From contig CM102286.1 of the NCBI GenBank assembly GCA_046563655.1, positions 806,001 through 870,000 on the forward strand: a stretch of DNA of 64,000 bases. Reading direction: 5' to 3'. Below, in pieces: positions 36,911 to 49,300 of the stretch (position 1 is the first letter of the stretch; each line of letters starts with the position of its first letter). The notes beneath the pieces are model-generated. The model saw only the letters and a program-made list of their open reading frames with translations. It was not told the DNA's origin and searched no databases. This DNA is from Yuukianura sp. NJ FZ-2021. Taxonomy: Eukaryota. The position numbers and the translations under genes are program-made.

Positions 36911-37559
36911 ACTGTTGAGATAGTACTTTGTAGTTTGTTGTTGGTAAACAATCTGATTCTAGTGGAGCACTTGAATGTTTACTGTTTTGCTGGAATCACT
37001 TGATGGAGACACGATGGAGAAAGGGGGAGGGGGTAAACAGTAACGAGAGAACTATTGTACCAAAGGTCAACTGTTTCTTACTGGATACAGATGAATGTCA
37101 ACGTCCTGGACACACCGTGTCACTGAAAGAGGTCACTGATGAGTTGTGTAGGCTGAGGTCACTACCGGGTTGATCCGATGAATGCGGAGACAAAAGCGAT
37201 GCGTCGTCCTCCGATGAGAGTGAATTTGAGACTGAGGGAAAAGGAGGGAGAAAAGTGCATAGGAATGAATGAGAAATACTGCGAAGATTCTCTCGGCGCC
37301 TGAGTCGTATCCAACCACCACCACTGGCAGAGATGGGCACTTCGAGTTGCACTAACACTTGCTAGAAATGGTGTGAATTAGTTAATTAATCACTCATTAA
37401 CTTATAACAATTTAATTACTTTGATTAATCTAAAACTAACACCTAGAAACACAATTGCTGTTATGCTATCGCCCAGCTGGAGCCCTAAAAAAAGTAAAAC
37501 CAGGAAAAATAATTAAAGATGGCGCCACTTCGGGCCAGAAACGTTTTCGGATTTGGGTA

Positions 37560-37694
37560 CCGTAAATTTCCAAACAGTACCCTCGGGTACGAATTGTTTC
37601 GTCGAAGTTTGGAGGGGGGTACTAATAGGGAGACGGAGTTCTATTTGAAGCGGGGGTACTATATGGTACCGGGGTACTATTCGGAAATCTACTG
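37560..37694. mobile_element. Short TA-TSD MITE (135 bp)
   Basis: Imperfect TIR TA/CCGTAAATTTCCAAACAGTACCC versus GGGTACTATTCGGAAATCTACTG/TA. Confidence 0.6.
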
Positions 37695-40600
37695 TACTTA
37701 CTGTATGGAGGCCCTACTAGTCCATGAATTTAATAGAATTTATTACAAGTTTTGTTAAACACGTTTTTAGGTTTTCGGAATTTTGAAGTTTTTTGTCAAA
37801 ATTTCGTTCCGTGTGCTTTTAGTCCGGGATAAATTGTTTTGAATAAGAAAAAAACTGGATTTGAGCCGAAATTGAAAAATAAGTAGAGCTTCTCGTGTAG
37901 TAACAGAAGATTTGTTTAGGAAAAGTTCTGCTTTCACTTTGCAAAGTTCACTTTCCTTTTGCAAACTTTTGTTTGTAAATTTTTGAAGTTTCAATTTAAT
38001 TAAAAGTACTCAGTCACTTGAACTTCCTTTTCCGAAAAGTCTCAAAATCGAGCACTCCATTTTCTATTCTTTGAAAAACAAGGTGCTGGAAAACAAAACA
38101 AAACTTCCGATTTTGTTAATTTCAAATTAGTTCTAAGAATTCTCAAAATTTTAGTCCTAGTCGGTGTTAAGTTTTTGAAATGTTATGATTTCAAGGGGGC
38201 CTTAAGTAGCCTCCCACAAATTTCTTTAACCCCTTCAAAAAAGTTCAAATTTTCTACTTTGCAGTTCGTTTTTTCAGAAGTGTTACAGTTAAGGGCACTT
38301 TTTTAGTTTTTGAAACTCAATATCTTTTCCAAAACAAGTCAGAGTGCCTACCATCTTCAATCTTCAGTGTGCAGTGTCAGGGGGCCCTTAAGTCCCCCAC
38401 ATTTTGAATTTTGTGTATTTGTCCATGCGGTTCCACTATACTTTCTGTTTCTGTTCCTAATTGCAGTCTACAGAATTTGAAAATCTGTTGTAACATAAAT
38501 CCCCTTCACATGTGTTGAACAGATCTTCATGGAATTTGACCCTCCGTTTGATTTCAGACTGATCAACACACGACTTTAGCCAAAGCATTCAAGCATTAAA
38601 CACCTACTTTAAGTCGTTATTTTAACAAGTTAAAAAGTCAGTTTTAACGTATTTTAACTTAATCTGTTTTAAATGTTGATCATTTGGTACAGAATGAGGC
38701 GCAAAAGTTGAAAAAGACAATGGATTTGGTTTTGAGTAAGAAGTGAAAGCAATTTTCTGTCCATTGTTCTGCTTTCTCCTTGGCGTTAGGTTAGTTAGGC
38801 TATGTTAGGCTAAGGTTAGGCTAAGAGATGAACTTCCAGTGTGGAGCAATAGTAATAAGATTAGGCTGCAGAATGGCATTACTTCCACTTTGTCCAAATT
38901 TAGTTGGGAATGATTATTATTAAATAGTGGGCAAGGGAGAGCGGGAAAAGTGAGGTCAGAGGTCATAACTCTTCCTTTCTGAAGCCAAAAACAGAAAATG
39001 GAGACTGGAGAAGTGCTAAGAGTGCCAATTAGTTGAGATATACAAAACACAAGTAAAGAAGGAGCTTAGGTTAGGCTAAGGGATGCTCCCTTGGAAAGCC
39101 ACAAAGTCTACTTAAGGGCCAGTTATGAAATGGAGCCCATTATCTCTCCTTGGCCTCTTTACTTTCCTTAACTTTTACCATTGAGACCATGATTTATTTT
39201 GAAACAGAAAGCACTTTCTCCTAAGCTAAAAGCACTGCCAAACAACAATGAATGTAGAAAAGGTTAGAGTAAACATAGATTATGTTAGGGTGAAAGTAAA
39301 GAGCTTCTCATTATCACTTTTAGTTTACTCGCTTTTGCCAATTAAGTGCAAATAAGTCGAAACAGTGCCAATTTGTATTCAAAACAACTTTAAAACAATG
39401 GTATTAAATGGAATTCAAAATTTAGATTGAATTTCATCATCAATGGATCAATTTTTCTTCAATCCCCGCCATAAATTTCGGTTTTCTCACCAAAAACTTA
39501 ATTTTCCTGCCAAAAACTTTGGTTTTCCCTCCAGAAACTTTGATTTTCCAGAAAAAACGTTTTGCACGCTTTGAAAAGCGATTTTAAGAATTCCATGCAC
39601 TTTCCAGCAGTTTTGCCTTGTTTTTACATGTTTTTGGTAAAAAATGTTACTGTTCTTGGTGTTTCAAAATTCAAATTTTGGCATAACTGGAGAGTAGAAA
39701 TTTTTTTGAAAAATTCTTTTGAATTTTTTTTTGAAAAGTGAAGTTGTTTGAGAAGACTAAATTAGGCCCATTTGAGACTAAGGTTCCTTTGTTGGCGGAA
39801 TGTAAACAGAGGAGAGCAGGGTCCTCGTGGAGATGAGGCGGATAAGACGTATGGAAAACTTCTTTCACCAAATTGGCTGGATCCAGAGAGATTTATGTCC
39901 TCCGAAGATCTGGTTCTCCTCTAGAGACATCCCCATCACCCCTAGCAACCACTGCTCCAGAATTTTAAATTCCAAAGTAACCATGGCGACAGGGAACTCT
40001 AGCAGGACCAAGGCTACTCTGGACAAAAGTTTTTGTCTGCAGAAGGTGAGACACCCATAAGTTTCTTCGTCCAATCAGACAAACGGAAAGTAGAAATTCA
40101 GAGGAAATAAGTCACAAAAGTTTTAGTTTTTTGGAAAGCTGGAAGACTTTGTGCTTGGATTTGGATAACTTCAAAAAACTTTCTCTTTTTGAAAACACAC
40201 TTTACTTTTTTGTTCAAAGTTGAGAATAATCCAAGTTTAGAGACACTGCAGATCCTATTTGTTCAAAAAAAGTTTCACTAATGGGCTCTCTATGAGCTCA
40301 ATTTTACAAAATCTGGAATAAGCCAACCAATCAGGAACTGGCCTTGCACTTTTCCAAGTCACAAATCCATTGTCAACTTAAAAAACAAAATTTCAAAAAA
40401 AAAAAAGTTTAAAAAAAAATTCAGAAAAAAACTATGTTTGAACTTACAAAACCTGAGCAGTGTTAAGGTAAACGCATAAACTTTCTCCAAAGTGAAAGTT
40501 TGAAAAGTAAATTTTGACTTTTTTGTGTATACTACTCTGCATGTGAGGAAAAATGCAATCCGGTGTGTGTTTTTTTAACTTTTTCGAAATTTCCTTTTTT

Positions 40601-42834
40601 AAAACAACTTTTTACTTTAAAGTAAGGCTTTTTTGAAATTGAAATTGAAAAAGTTGAGGGTAAGTGACATGCTAGAGGAGCTCAATTCCCTAAACTCTGG
40701 GCTTTCAAAATGTTGTTACTGTAAAGGATTTACCCCAAATTCCACCATACTACTGCATCTCTCCAAAATTCATTTTAGACGAGTCTAACAAAATGGTTTT
40801 CCCGCCTAACTTTTTCAAAAAAAAACCTTCAACTTTGAATCCCGCCAAAATCATGGTCGAAGCCTAACCAAAAATCGGCCGTAAAATATATACAACTTTA
40901 CACAGGATTTTGAAAAAAAATGAAAATAGTTTGCTCAAAAAACACACAGTTTTTTTTCCAAGTTCAAGCGAATGATTTTAATGTTATTGAAAACTTTATT
41001 TAGGGAAAAACTGTAACTTTTTTTTTAAAAAAGTCTTTTCCTTTTTGAACGTAATTTACTGCCGTTTTTTGGAAACGAAATAGCATTTTTCTTCCTTAAA
41101 TAATTTTTGGTTTTAGATTTTTCCATTTCTGTCTTGTGACTTTTCTTGAAGCTGTGGGAAAGCAGTGTAGCGAGGCGACAACGTCGTTACAGCGACTGAA
41201 ATGTCGCCAACTCCCACAAAGTCAACTTCAGAAGTTCGAGTTATGCAAAGTAGGCTCATAAATACAAAAGTTTACGTTCCAAAAGGTTACAAACGGGACA
41301 GCAATGTTATTATATAGACCCAAAAACTTTCTTTTAGGTCGCAAAATAGAAAAAATGCATCCGGATAAAAAAAACTTTAAAACAGTTTATTTTTGTCAAG
41401 TAAACTTTCAGTTTATATTTTAACCAATTAGATTGTGCGGTAAAGTCCAAAATTTTAAAATTTTAGTGTAATTAATTTTAGTAAATAATTAATGATGTGC
41501 AGAAAAAGAAAGACAGAAAAGTTCTTTCTATGAACATGATTTTGAACTCTCTTGTGTTAACCTTTTAAAACTTTTTTTTCAGAAATGCATTGACTTTGAA
41601 AATCTTCTGGCGGCAAGAAGAGTAAAAATTGAGGCAGAAGAGTTATCAAAACAAAGGAAAGAATAACCACCACCGTGAGAATTGAACTTATGGAACCATA
41701 CGGTTTTCAAAACGAAAAAGCAATGGAGAACAAAAATCTTACAAAAACAAACAAAACTTTTTTAAAAAAAAAGTACTTTTACAAAGCCCGAATTTGAACT
41801 TCTTTTATTAGTCTTGTATTTCTAATTTTCAAAACAAAAAATTAACAAAATGTGTTGGGTTTAAAAAGTAAATTCCTGAAAAAGTAAATCTTTGGCGCGA
41901 AATAGCGACATTTTAAAATGTTGGGCATCGTATATACTTGGAGGCGGTAAATTTCAAAAAGTCTGAAACCGCAAGTATCTTTGTTTCACTTGAGACGTTC
42001 ATGTTAAGTGTTACTCCAGTGCTAGCTTAGTTTTCTTCTTATTATGATTATTACCCCCTGCTCTGACAATCACGTTAATAGTCTCACAAATGGACCAAGG
42101 AAACGATGCTGTTCAAAATCTTAGTTTTAGAAAACCTTAGTTTTACAAAATGTTGGATTTACAAAATCGTAACTTTTAGAAACTCGTGCATTAGGTTAGG
42201 GAGAGAGCGTGTTTCTTAGCGTGAGAAAGTGCGTGAGACAGTGAAAGTGCGTGGTGCTCTTCCTACTAATTAACGGCACAACCTCTAACTTTCTCGGGGA
42301 ACTCCAGAACCAACTTGGCTACATTTCACGTGATGAATGTCATCAATTTGGTCGACGCTTCCAACGTTTATGCTCAACCTAATGAATGTTACGCGGCTAC
42401 ACTTAAATTTACACCGCCCCCACGCCCACTTTCTCCAAAAACGATCTCCGTATGTACCAAAAATAAAAAAATGTTCAAATTTTACTTTTTAACCTTTCTC
42501 CACTCAAGCAGAAACAAAGAACGAATTTTGAAGTCACAACTTTCTTTATTGTATCAGCAATTCTTAATAGGCTGTTCAATTTTTAAAGTTGACAATTTTT
42601 GAATTTTGTTGTTTTTTGACCGGATCCACTTTTTTAACCACCTTATTCGTACTTTTTCTGCCACAAAGAAACAAAAGTTAGACTAGAAAAGATGTCACCA
42701 CGTTAACAAATATGAGTAAAAGCGTTTCTCGCGGGAGTTTTTGAATGGTTTAATCCCTTGGATCTTTTGTGACACTGACAAGCCCCCTGCTTTCTCCTAT
42801 CACTTTTAGTGGAACTTTCACTTCGGAATGAGAC

Positions 42835-43469
42835 GGTTCCAGGTCATAAGCGCCTAACCAAAAAGCGCCTCTCCAATAAGCGCCTCTCAATAAGCGCCTA
42901 AAAAATAAGCGCCTCCATCCAAAAAGCGCCTCCACCCAAAAAGCGCCCCCATCCAAAAGGGCCTAACCAAAAAGCGCCTCCAGGCAAAAAGCGCCTCCCA
43001 TCAAAAAGCGCCTCCAGCTCCAATTTAAAACCAGGTTAATTTATTCAAAATAACTGAGAGATAAATAACTTAACCTAACCTAGAATTGACATAATCCTAA
43101 CTAAACATGAGAAGAAACACTTGAGACGTAATCAACATTGCGAATTTAAAAAAAAAAACTAACCTAACATAACCTCGAGACGTCATCATTATCGCGAAAT
43201 TTAACCAAACCTAACACCGCGCCTTCGGCGCGGGAACCTATAGACACCTAATTGAATGAACCCAAATAAAGCAGGTTTTTATTGGAACTGGAGGCGGTTT
43301 TTAATTGGAGGCGCTTTTTGCATCGAGGCGCTTTTTGGTTAGGCCCTTTTGGATGGGGGCGCTTTTTGGATGGAGGCGCTTTTTGGATGGGGGCGCTTAT
43401 TTTTTAGGCTCTTATTGAGAGGCGCTTATTGGAGAGGCGCTTTTTGGTTAGGCGCATATGGGCTGCTAC
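42835..43469. mobile_element. Mutator/foldback-like non-autonomous element with repeat-built TIRs
   Basis: ~200-bp inverted arms made of AAAAAGCGCCTCC-type subrepeats. Direct duplication GGAATGAGAC on both flanks (42825-42834, 43470-43479; 10-11 bp depending on the boundary). Interior has AACCTAAC runs and a CCGCGCC-TTC-GGCGCGG hairpin. Confidence 0.8.
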
Positions 43470-46259
43470 GGAATGAGACATCACTTGTCTCCTGGCTCCC
43501 AGCCCAAACCTCCTTCTTCTTCTAAATCTTTGATAATAAGTTCCCAGTCGGTAATTTGTCATTGGAACTTTCTCCCTTCCAGCCCAGAAGGGAATTCTTT
43601 GTCTCCACACGCACTTTCCAACAACTTTTAAACTTTTCCCGCTCTAAAACATTTGTCTTTTCCCGCCAAAATCCCTCCTCCATCAGCCTTTTAGTCGAAA
43701 AACTCCCTTCCACCCCTTCCTGCAACTCAAAACTTAACAATTAACGGAACAGGAACGTAAATTTCAAATTTTTGAAACTCTACGCATCCAGTTCCCAGCA
43801 AGGTTCCTTGACAACCGAATTGAAATTCCTACAACAGGTTGTGCAATAACTCAGGGTTCCCAAAAAAATTATTTCAAACCAATTTCTGCACAAATTCCTT
43901 TTAATTTACATTACATGCATAGAAAGGTAGATTTCCTATTTTCAAACAATTTTTAAACTTTCAGGTATTGGACAACCTGATGTAGTAAAAGTTTATTTTT
44001 TTGTTTACGAACCTTGGCTTCCAACGTTCTGCGCAGTTGGGTTACAGTTACTCCCTCTGCCACATTTCTTTAGAACTTTCATGATTAACGATCCGACAAG
44101 GTTGAAGTGTCTCTTACTTTTAGTGAGTTGCAGGGCCTCCAGGCCCTTCAAGGGCCCTTGTTTGTTCTGGTAATCTGCCTTGGGCTTTATGAGGTTGTTC
44201 TGCTAGAATTTACATAGAGAAAGCATTAATTTGTTCAGGGATAGGGCTGACAAAGGGCCTTGATTGGAGAAGACACACTGGAATCCATTAGTGTCAGCCC
44301 ACCAGGAGGCTAATTAACACAAAACTTTGAATTTGGCGCCCATCACTCCCGCGTCTATCTTCCCGCCAAAACAGAACCCGGGCGGGTAATTTCAAAATCC
44401 CAACCTTCCGGATCCAAAAACGTAAGTCATTCCTTATCTAACTTTCTATTGTTACACTTCCCACTTTTGAGCAGGAAAATTTCAAATAGTGGAGCTTATC
44501 GTCTGCCTTCCGAGCTTAATTGTGTACAGATTCTGTTGTTTTATAAACATAAAACATAATTATGTTGTCTGAAGCACTTTTGGATTTTATCCGCGCATGT
44601 GAAGTTTCTGAAAATTTTGAATTTCGGGTGCAATGACCTCAACGAGAAGAAAGTTTTGGGCTCGTTAGGTTTTTGTAAAGAAACTGAAAAAGTTTTGTGA
44701 GAAATGAACCAGAGATTTTTCATGTTTTTGAAAAATGGGCCGCTGATGTTTTTTTGAATGTTCTGGTTTACTTTTTGATTCTGGAGATTTGCACATACAA
44801 GAATTTGAATCTTGTGCCAAAAAACAGAATGCTTCAAGTGACAGGAGCAGGTGAAAGTTGCACACACAAAAAATTTGGAATCGATTCCAGTTTGGCACAG
44901 ATCCATTTTGACAAGAATTCTTCTCATAAGAAATGCGTTTTGGGGCAAGTTGAGACTTTTCTAAAAATTATTTTGGGGCAAGTTGAGACTTTTTTTCTAA
45001 AAACTTTGAATTGGAGTAAAGCAATTGAAGTTCATGTTAAAACATAAATTTCAATGGCGGTTAGCCTCCAAGAACGAGTCGTTTAAACACAAATCTTCCT
45101 TCCCGCTCTTTTCACCTTAAAAGAGCGCATTTAAAGCGCGGAATTGGGTTTTGGCGGGAGAATTGGAGAAAGTGAAGGAGCGTAACGAAGTAAGGAAGTC
45201 ATGCTCAGGTTCCTTTCACCTTAGTTTAAACTTAGGCGGGAAACAGGGAAACTTAACCTAACCTCAACTTTCACTAGACTCAAAATCACTAGGGAGACGT
45301 AAGTTTTTTGGTTACGACTTTCAGAAGAAAAAACTGACAGAGTAAAACTGCCATCAATTTCTAAAGAGCTAAAGGTGGTTAGGTGGTTAGGTGGCATGCG
45401 GTTTGGTGGTATGGCATTTATGGTTTTTTATAATTTAATACCATCAGACTGCTCTGACGCTAGCTACGCTGCGCCACAAAGTTTTAAAACTTTAAAGAAA
45501 ATTCAAACTCCCGCCAAATGAGATTTCCAATTTGAGAGCACCGAGATACTACTTTCTCCACAGAAAAAAAAAACTAAAAAAAAAAAATCAAAATCCGTGT
45601 CGTGTTTTCAACTATTTTTAACAGTATTTCAGCAATACATTCGCTTTTTGTAGTTCTGCTGTGCTAAAATTATTTTGAGAAAACTGACTCGCCTTTGGAT
45701 TATTTTTTGAGCGTGTGAAATTTGAATTTAAATGAAAAGTTCTAAATTTTTTAAAAAGTTTTTAAATTCGTGCCTTACGCACTTTCTCCCAGGAAAAGTT
45801 TCGTGAAGAATCAAATTTCCAAACTTTGTAGTGACATGATGGGAAGAATTTTGGAAAAGCGTATGGAAAAAATAGAATTGACGGTCACAATGGGACGGAG
45901 GAAAATTGAATTTAAAAGTTTCCGCTCTTTTTTTTCGTAAACAAAAAACAACCAGCTTTCTCCCCATGTTCTGCATTTGAACTGCTTTGTCATTTCAAAA
46001 AACTTGTTCAAAACAAATTTAGGAAAATTGAAAAAAAAAAATGTTTTTTGACACGGACATATCAATTTTTGGAAAATAATTAATTGAATGACTAAGCAAT
46101 TTCTCCGTTTCAGCTGAGTTTTCACGTTAGGTTAGGCTAAGTAAAACTTTCTCTGGCAGTGAAAGTGAAGCTGATTCAGCAATTTTTGGATTGTTTTGTA
46201 TTCATTACAGTCGGAACAAGTTGATTTCGTAATGGACTGCGGCGGACGACCCAGCAGCG

Positions 46260-46311
46260 GAGGGTGAGATGCTTGGCAGCATCACGTGATGCTGCCAAGC
46301 ATCTCACCCTC
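46260..46311. repeat. Perfect 52-bp palindrome without spacer
   Basis: GAGGGTGAGATGCTTGGCAGCATCAC / GTGATGCTGCCAAGCATCTCACCCTC. Confidence 0.95.
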
Positions 46312-49300
46312 AGCACCAAATTGTCAGAAATTCCATTTCTCTTGTCAGACAAAAAAGGGCTCCGGAGGAAGTTGGAATTAAATTTGAACTTCCCAAGCGC
46401 TTTTTCTATTTCAAAAAAATGCAACCCGAGGACAGTGATGACAAAAAATGAGTTCACCGCTCACCGAACCGAATTCGGATCTCGTCAAATTCGTATCAAG
46501 TTAAAAAGGTTTTTCCCGCTGAAAAAAAGTTAGGGAGAGACGCACGGATGGAGGGTGCGTTTTAGGGTGCGAAGGGAGTACAAAGTCCAGCGAAGTGGAA
46601 GAATTGTGCTAAGACTGCGCAATGATTAATTTAGGCATGTCAAGGGCCACGACCACTTTTCCAAAAATTTCACTCGAATTTTATTTTCTCTTCTACACAT
46701 AACAAATAGCGGGAAGCAATTTTGAAAACTGTCGCTTTTCAAAAATGTTCGTCAATCATCGATGCATTTCTAGACAAACAGTGTATGTCACTAACCTTTA
46801 AACGTCAAATTTGTTACATAAAATTAATTTTGAAAAATTGAAAAAAAATTTCAATGAGTAAATATTATGGAATTTTGAAGTTCATGTTTGTTTCGATTAA
46901 CCACTTGGTTAGGTTAGGCTAAATTTGTAAAGCATGTGCTTGCAAGTGTGTCTGGAGAGAAAGTGCGTACTGCAAAGTATCTCTGGAGTGAAAGTATATA
47001 CTGCCAAGCATCTTTGGAGTGAAAGTGTGTACTTCCTGGAAGAGGAGGCGGGAAAGCAAGTGAAGGCTGAGATTCAATCTGGTGGGGACACACCGGAACT
47101 GCACTTTCTTCGGCAGAGTGGAGAGGACTCGCTTTGCCACCAGGCGGAGGTGCCAAAGTCACCGAAAATCTCCCGGGTAACTTCAACTTTTCAAATTTTT
47201 ACACAAGAAGCACAACTTTCACTTTTTGACTTTCTTTTGCCAATTACACCTTCAAAAAACTGTTTGCCGCATCCAAATTTTTGAAAAACAAAACTGACGT
47301 TGCAGACTTTTCCAAAAATTTGAAAGGTAGAACATGATCTTCATGCTAAATTTGGATTTTGTTTGATATTGACTGACCTAGAAAATCTCCGATTTTTTTT
47401 AAAACGTTCATGTCAAAAAGAACTTCATTTTTCTTTTGAACTTTGAAACAAAGGAGTTGAGGAACATGAAATTTTTTTTGAAAACTCTTTGAACAAGAGT
47501 TTTTCAAAATCCTTCACTCAACTTCATCTTTGAAGAGTTTAATCTTAGACTTTGGAAATTGAAGATGAGTTGAAGATGAACAATGCATCGGAGGTCCATC
47601 TGCCCCCAACTGTTCACAATTTTCATTTTTATTTTCTTGTTTACTTAAATTCTTATTTATTTTTACCGGTTAAACACAAACGATTTATTTCCGCCGTTTG
47701 GATTTACAAAAAATCCCACCATTCGAACAGTAAAATCCTCTCTGCTCGATTACAAAATTTGTTTACAAAAATTTACAAAACTGGATCATACTTTACTGTT
47801 TTTTAGAATTTCGAAATTCGAAAAAGTTCAACAGCTGGAATTTGTTTTCTGAAACTGTTAGGCTACAATTTAAAAAAGTTTTTTTTTTTTACTAAACCAT
47901 TTTTTGTTATGTTGTTCACCAATACCCATAACAATTGACCCACATGTGGTCAAAAGAGAGTGACGCACAAAAATGGATGAACATTATGAGCGAAGTGGCT
48001 ATTTAACACTAACGATTCCAATGGGCTGCCAGTTCGAATCCCACAAGAGTCATTCCATCTTCCACTCATTACCATCAACATTTCCAATCGCTATCAACTC
48101 AAAATGAGGAAAACACAGTTTTTAAAAAACGAAAAAAAAAAAAGAAGAAGACGCTGGACATTGTGCAATGTTTCTATTTCAAATCATGGCTGGAACAAAT
48201 TCATACTAAAATGGCGCCAATTTGAACCTGAAATGAGGCTGGTCCAGAATTGACAATGTTCGACACCTAGTCACGTCAAGAGCTTTTCTTAACACTCCGT
48301 TAGTCTGATGAAATGCAATCTAATTTCCTGGAAGGAAGGAACTACTTTCTCCATTTCAAAAAAAGTTCAAAAAGTTTAAACGAATTGGAAAATTCGGCGG
48401 ACGTTTTTTGAAAAAACCTTCCAACTTTCTCTAGGATTACACTCAATGTGCGTTGTATTTTTTTTGTGCCAAAAACTTGGAAGTAAATGGATGTCGGGAA
48501 AAGAGTTTGAAGTGTAATGTGACGCAGTAGAGAATAATGAAATAGTAATGAGAGGCCGTTAGGGTTCGTCGTAAGGTGTGTTGATGACCTCTGAGTATTT
48601 CCCGTGTAATGGACCAGAGGTTAGGCTATGTTAGGCTAACCTAAAAGACCTGACGATCGGAGATTTATATTTCCCTGGGGACACTTCAAGCCCAGCACTT
48701 TTCAAAAAAAGAACTTTCTCCCGGGTATTTTCCAAAAAGTCCCGCCTAACGTCTTTAGCATGAATCCATTTCCAAAGTCATTTGGAAGTCTGTCCAGGAG
48801 CAGCAAAAAATGAAAAAAGAACTTTTGTTAACCTGGAATACTAAATCCTGAAGCAGGGGTAATCAAATGGTCATCCATCCTCTGTCGACTTTGATTTCAA
48901 TTTCAATTCCTTTAGGAACAAGGTTAGCCTAACCAGGAAGATAAATTACCCGCCAAATTTTTTTTTCGAAATTTCGAATATTTTTTCTCAGCATTTTATG
49001 GTTTGGTGTAAAACTGATCGTAAGTGTAGAGCAGGCTTGTTGAGAAATGTCAATTCAAAAGTGAACTCAGAACATGAATTTTAGTAATTTCAAAAGTTTT
49101 GAAGTTTCGCACCACAATTTTTCAAACGAAGATATTTTATGGGTCATTTCGATCAAAAACTTTTTGACCGCGTCGAGGGAGTCATGTACTCCACAAATTT
49201 TTTTTGAATGCATTTTTTTTTAGAAAAATCATTTTTTGAGGTTTCGAAATTCCGGAGGGTGCACTCAAGCTCTCTTCGCCCATAAATTAAAACAAACTTA

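Noticed and set aside
47985..48051. tRNA genes at GTTCGAATCC-like motifs (also ~361-385 minus and ~50314-50330)
   Set aside because: Only B-box-like fragments with no cloverleaf; at most degenerate SINE relics.
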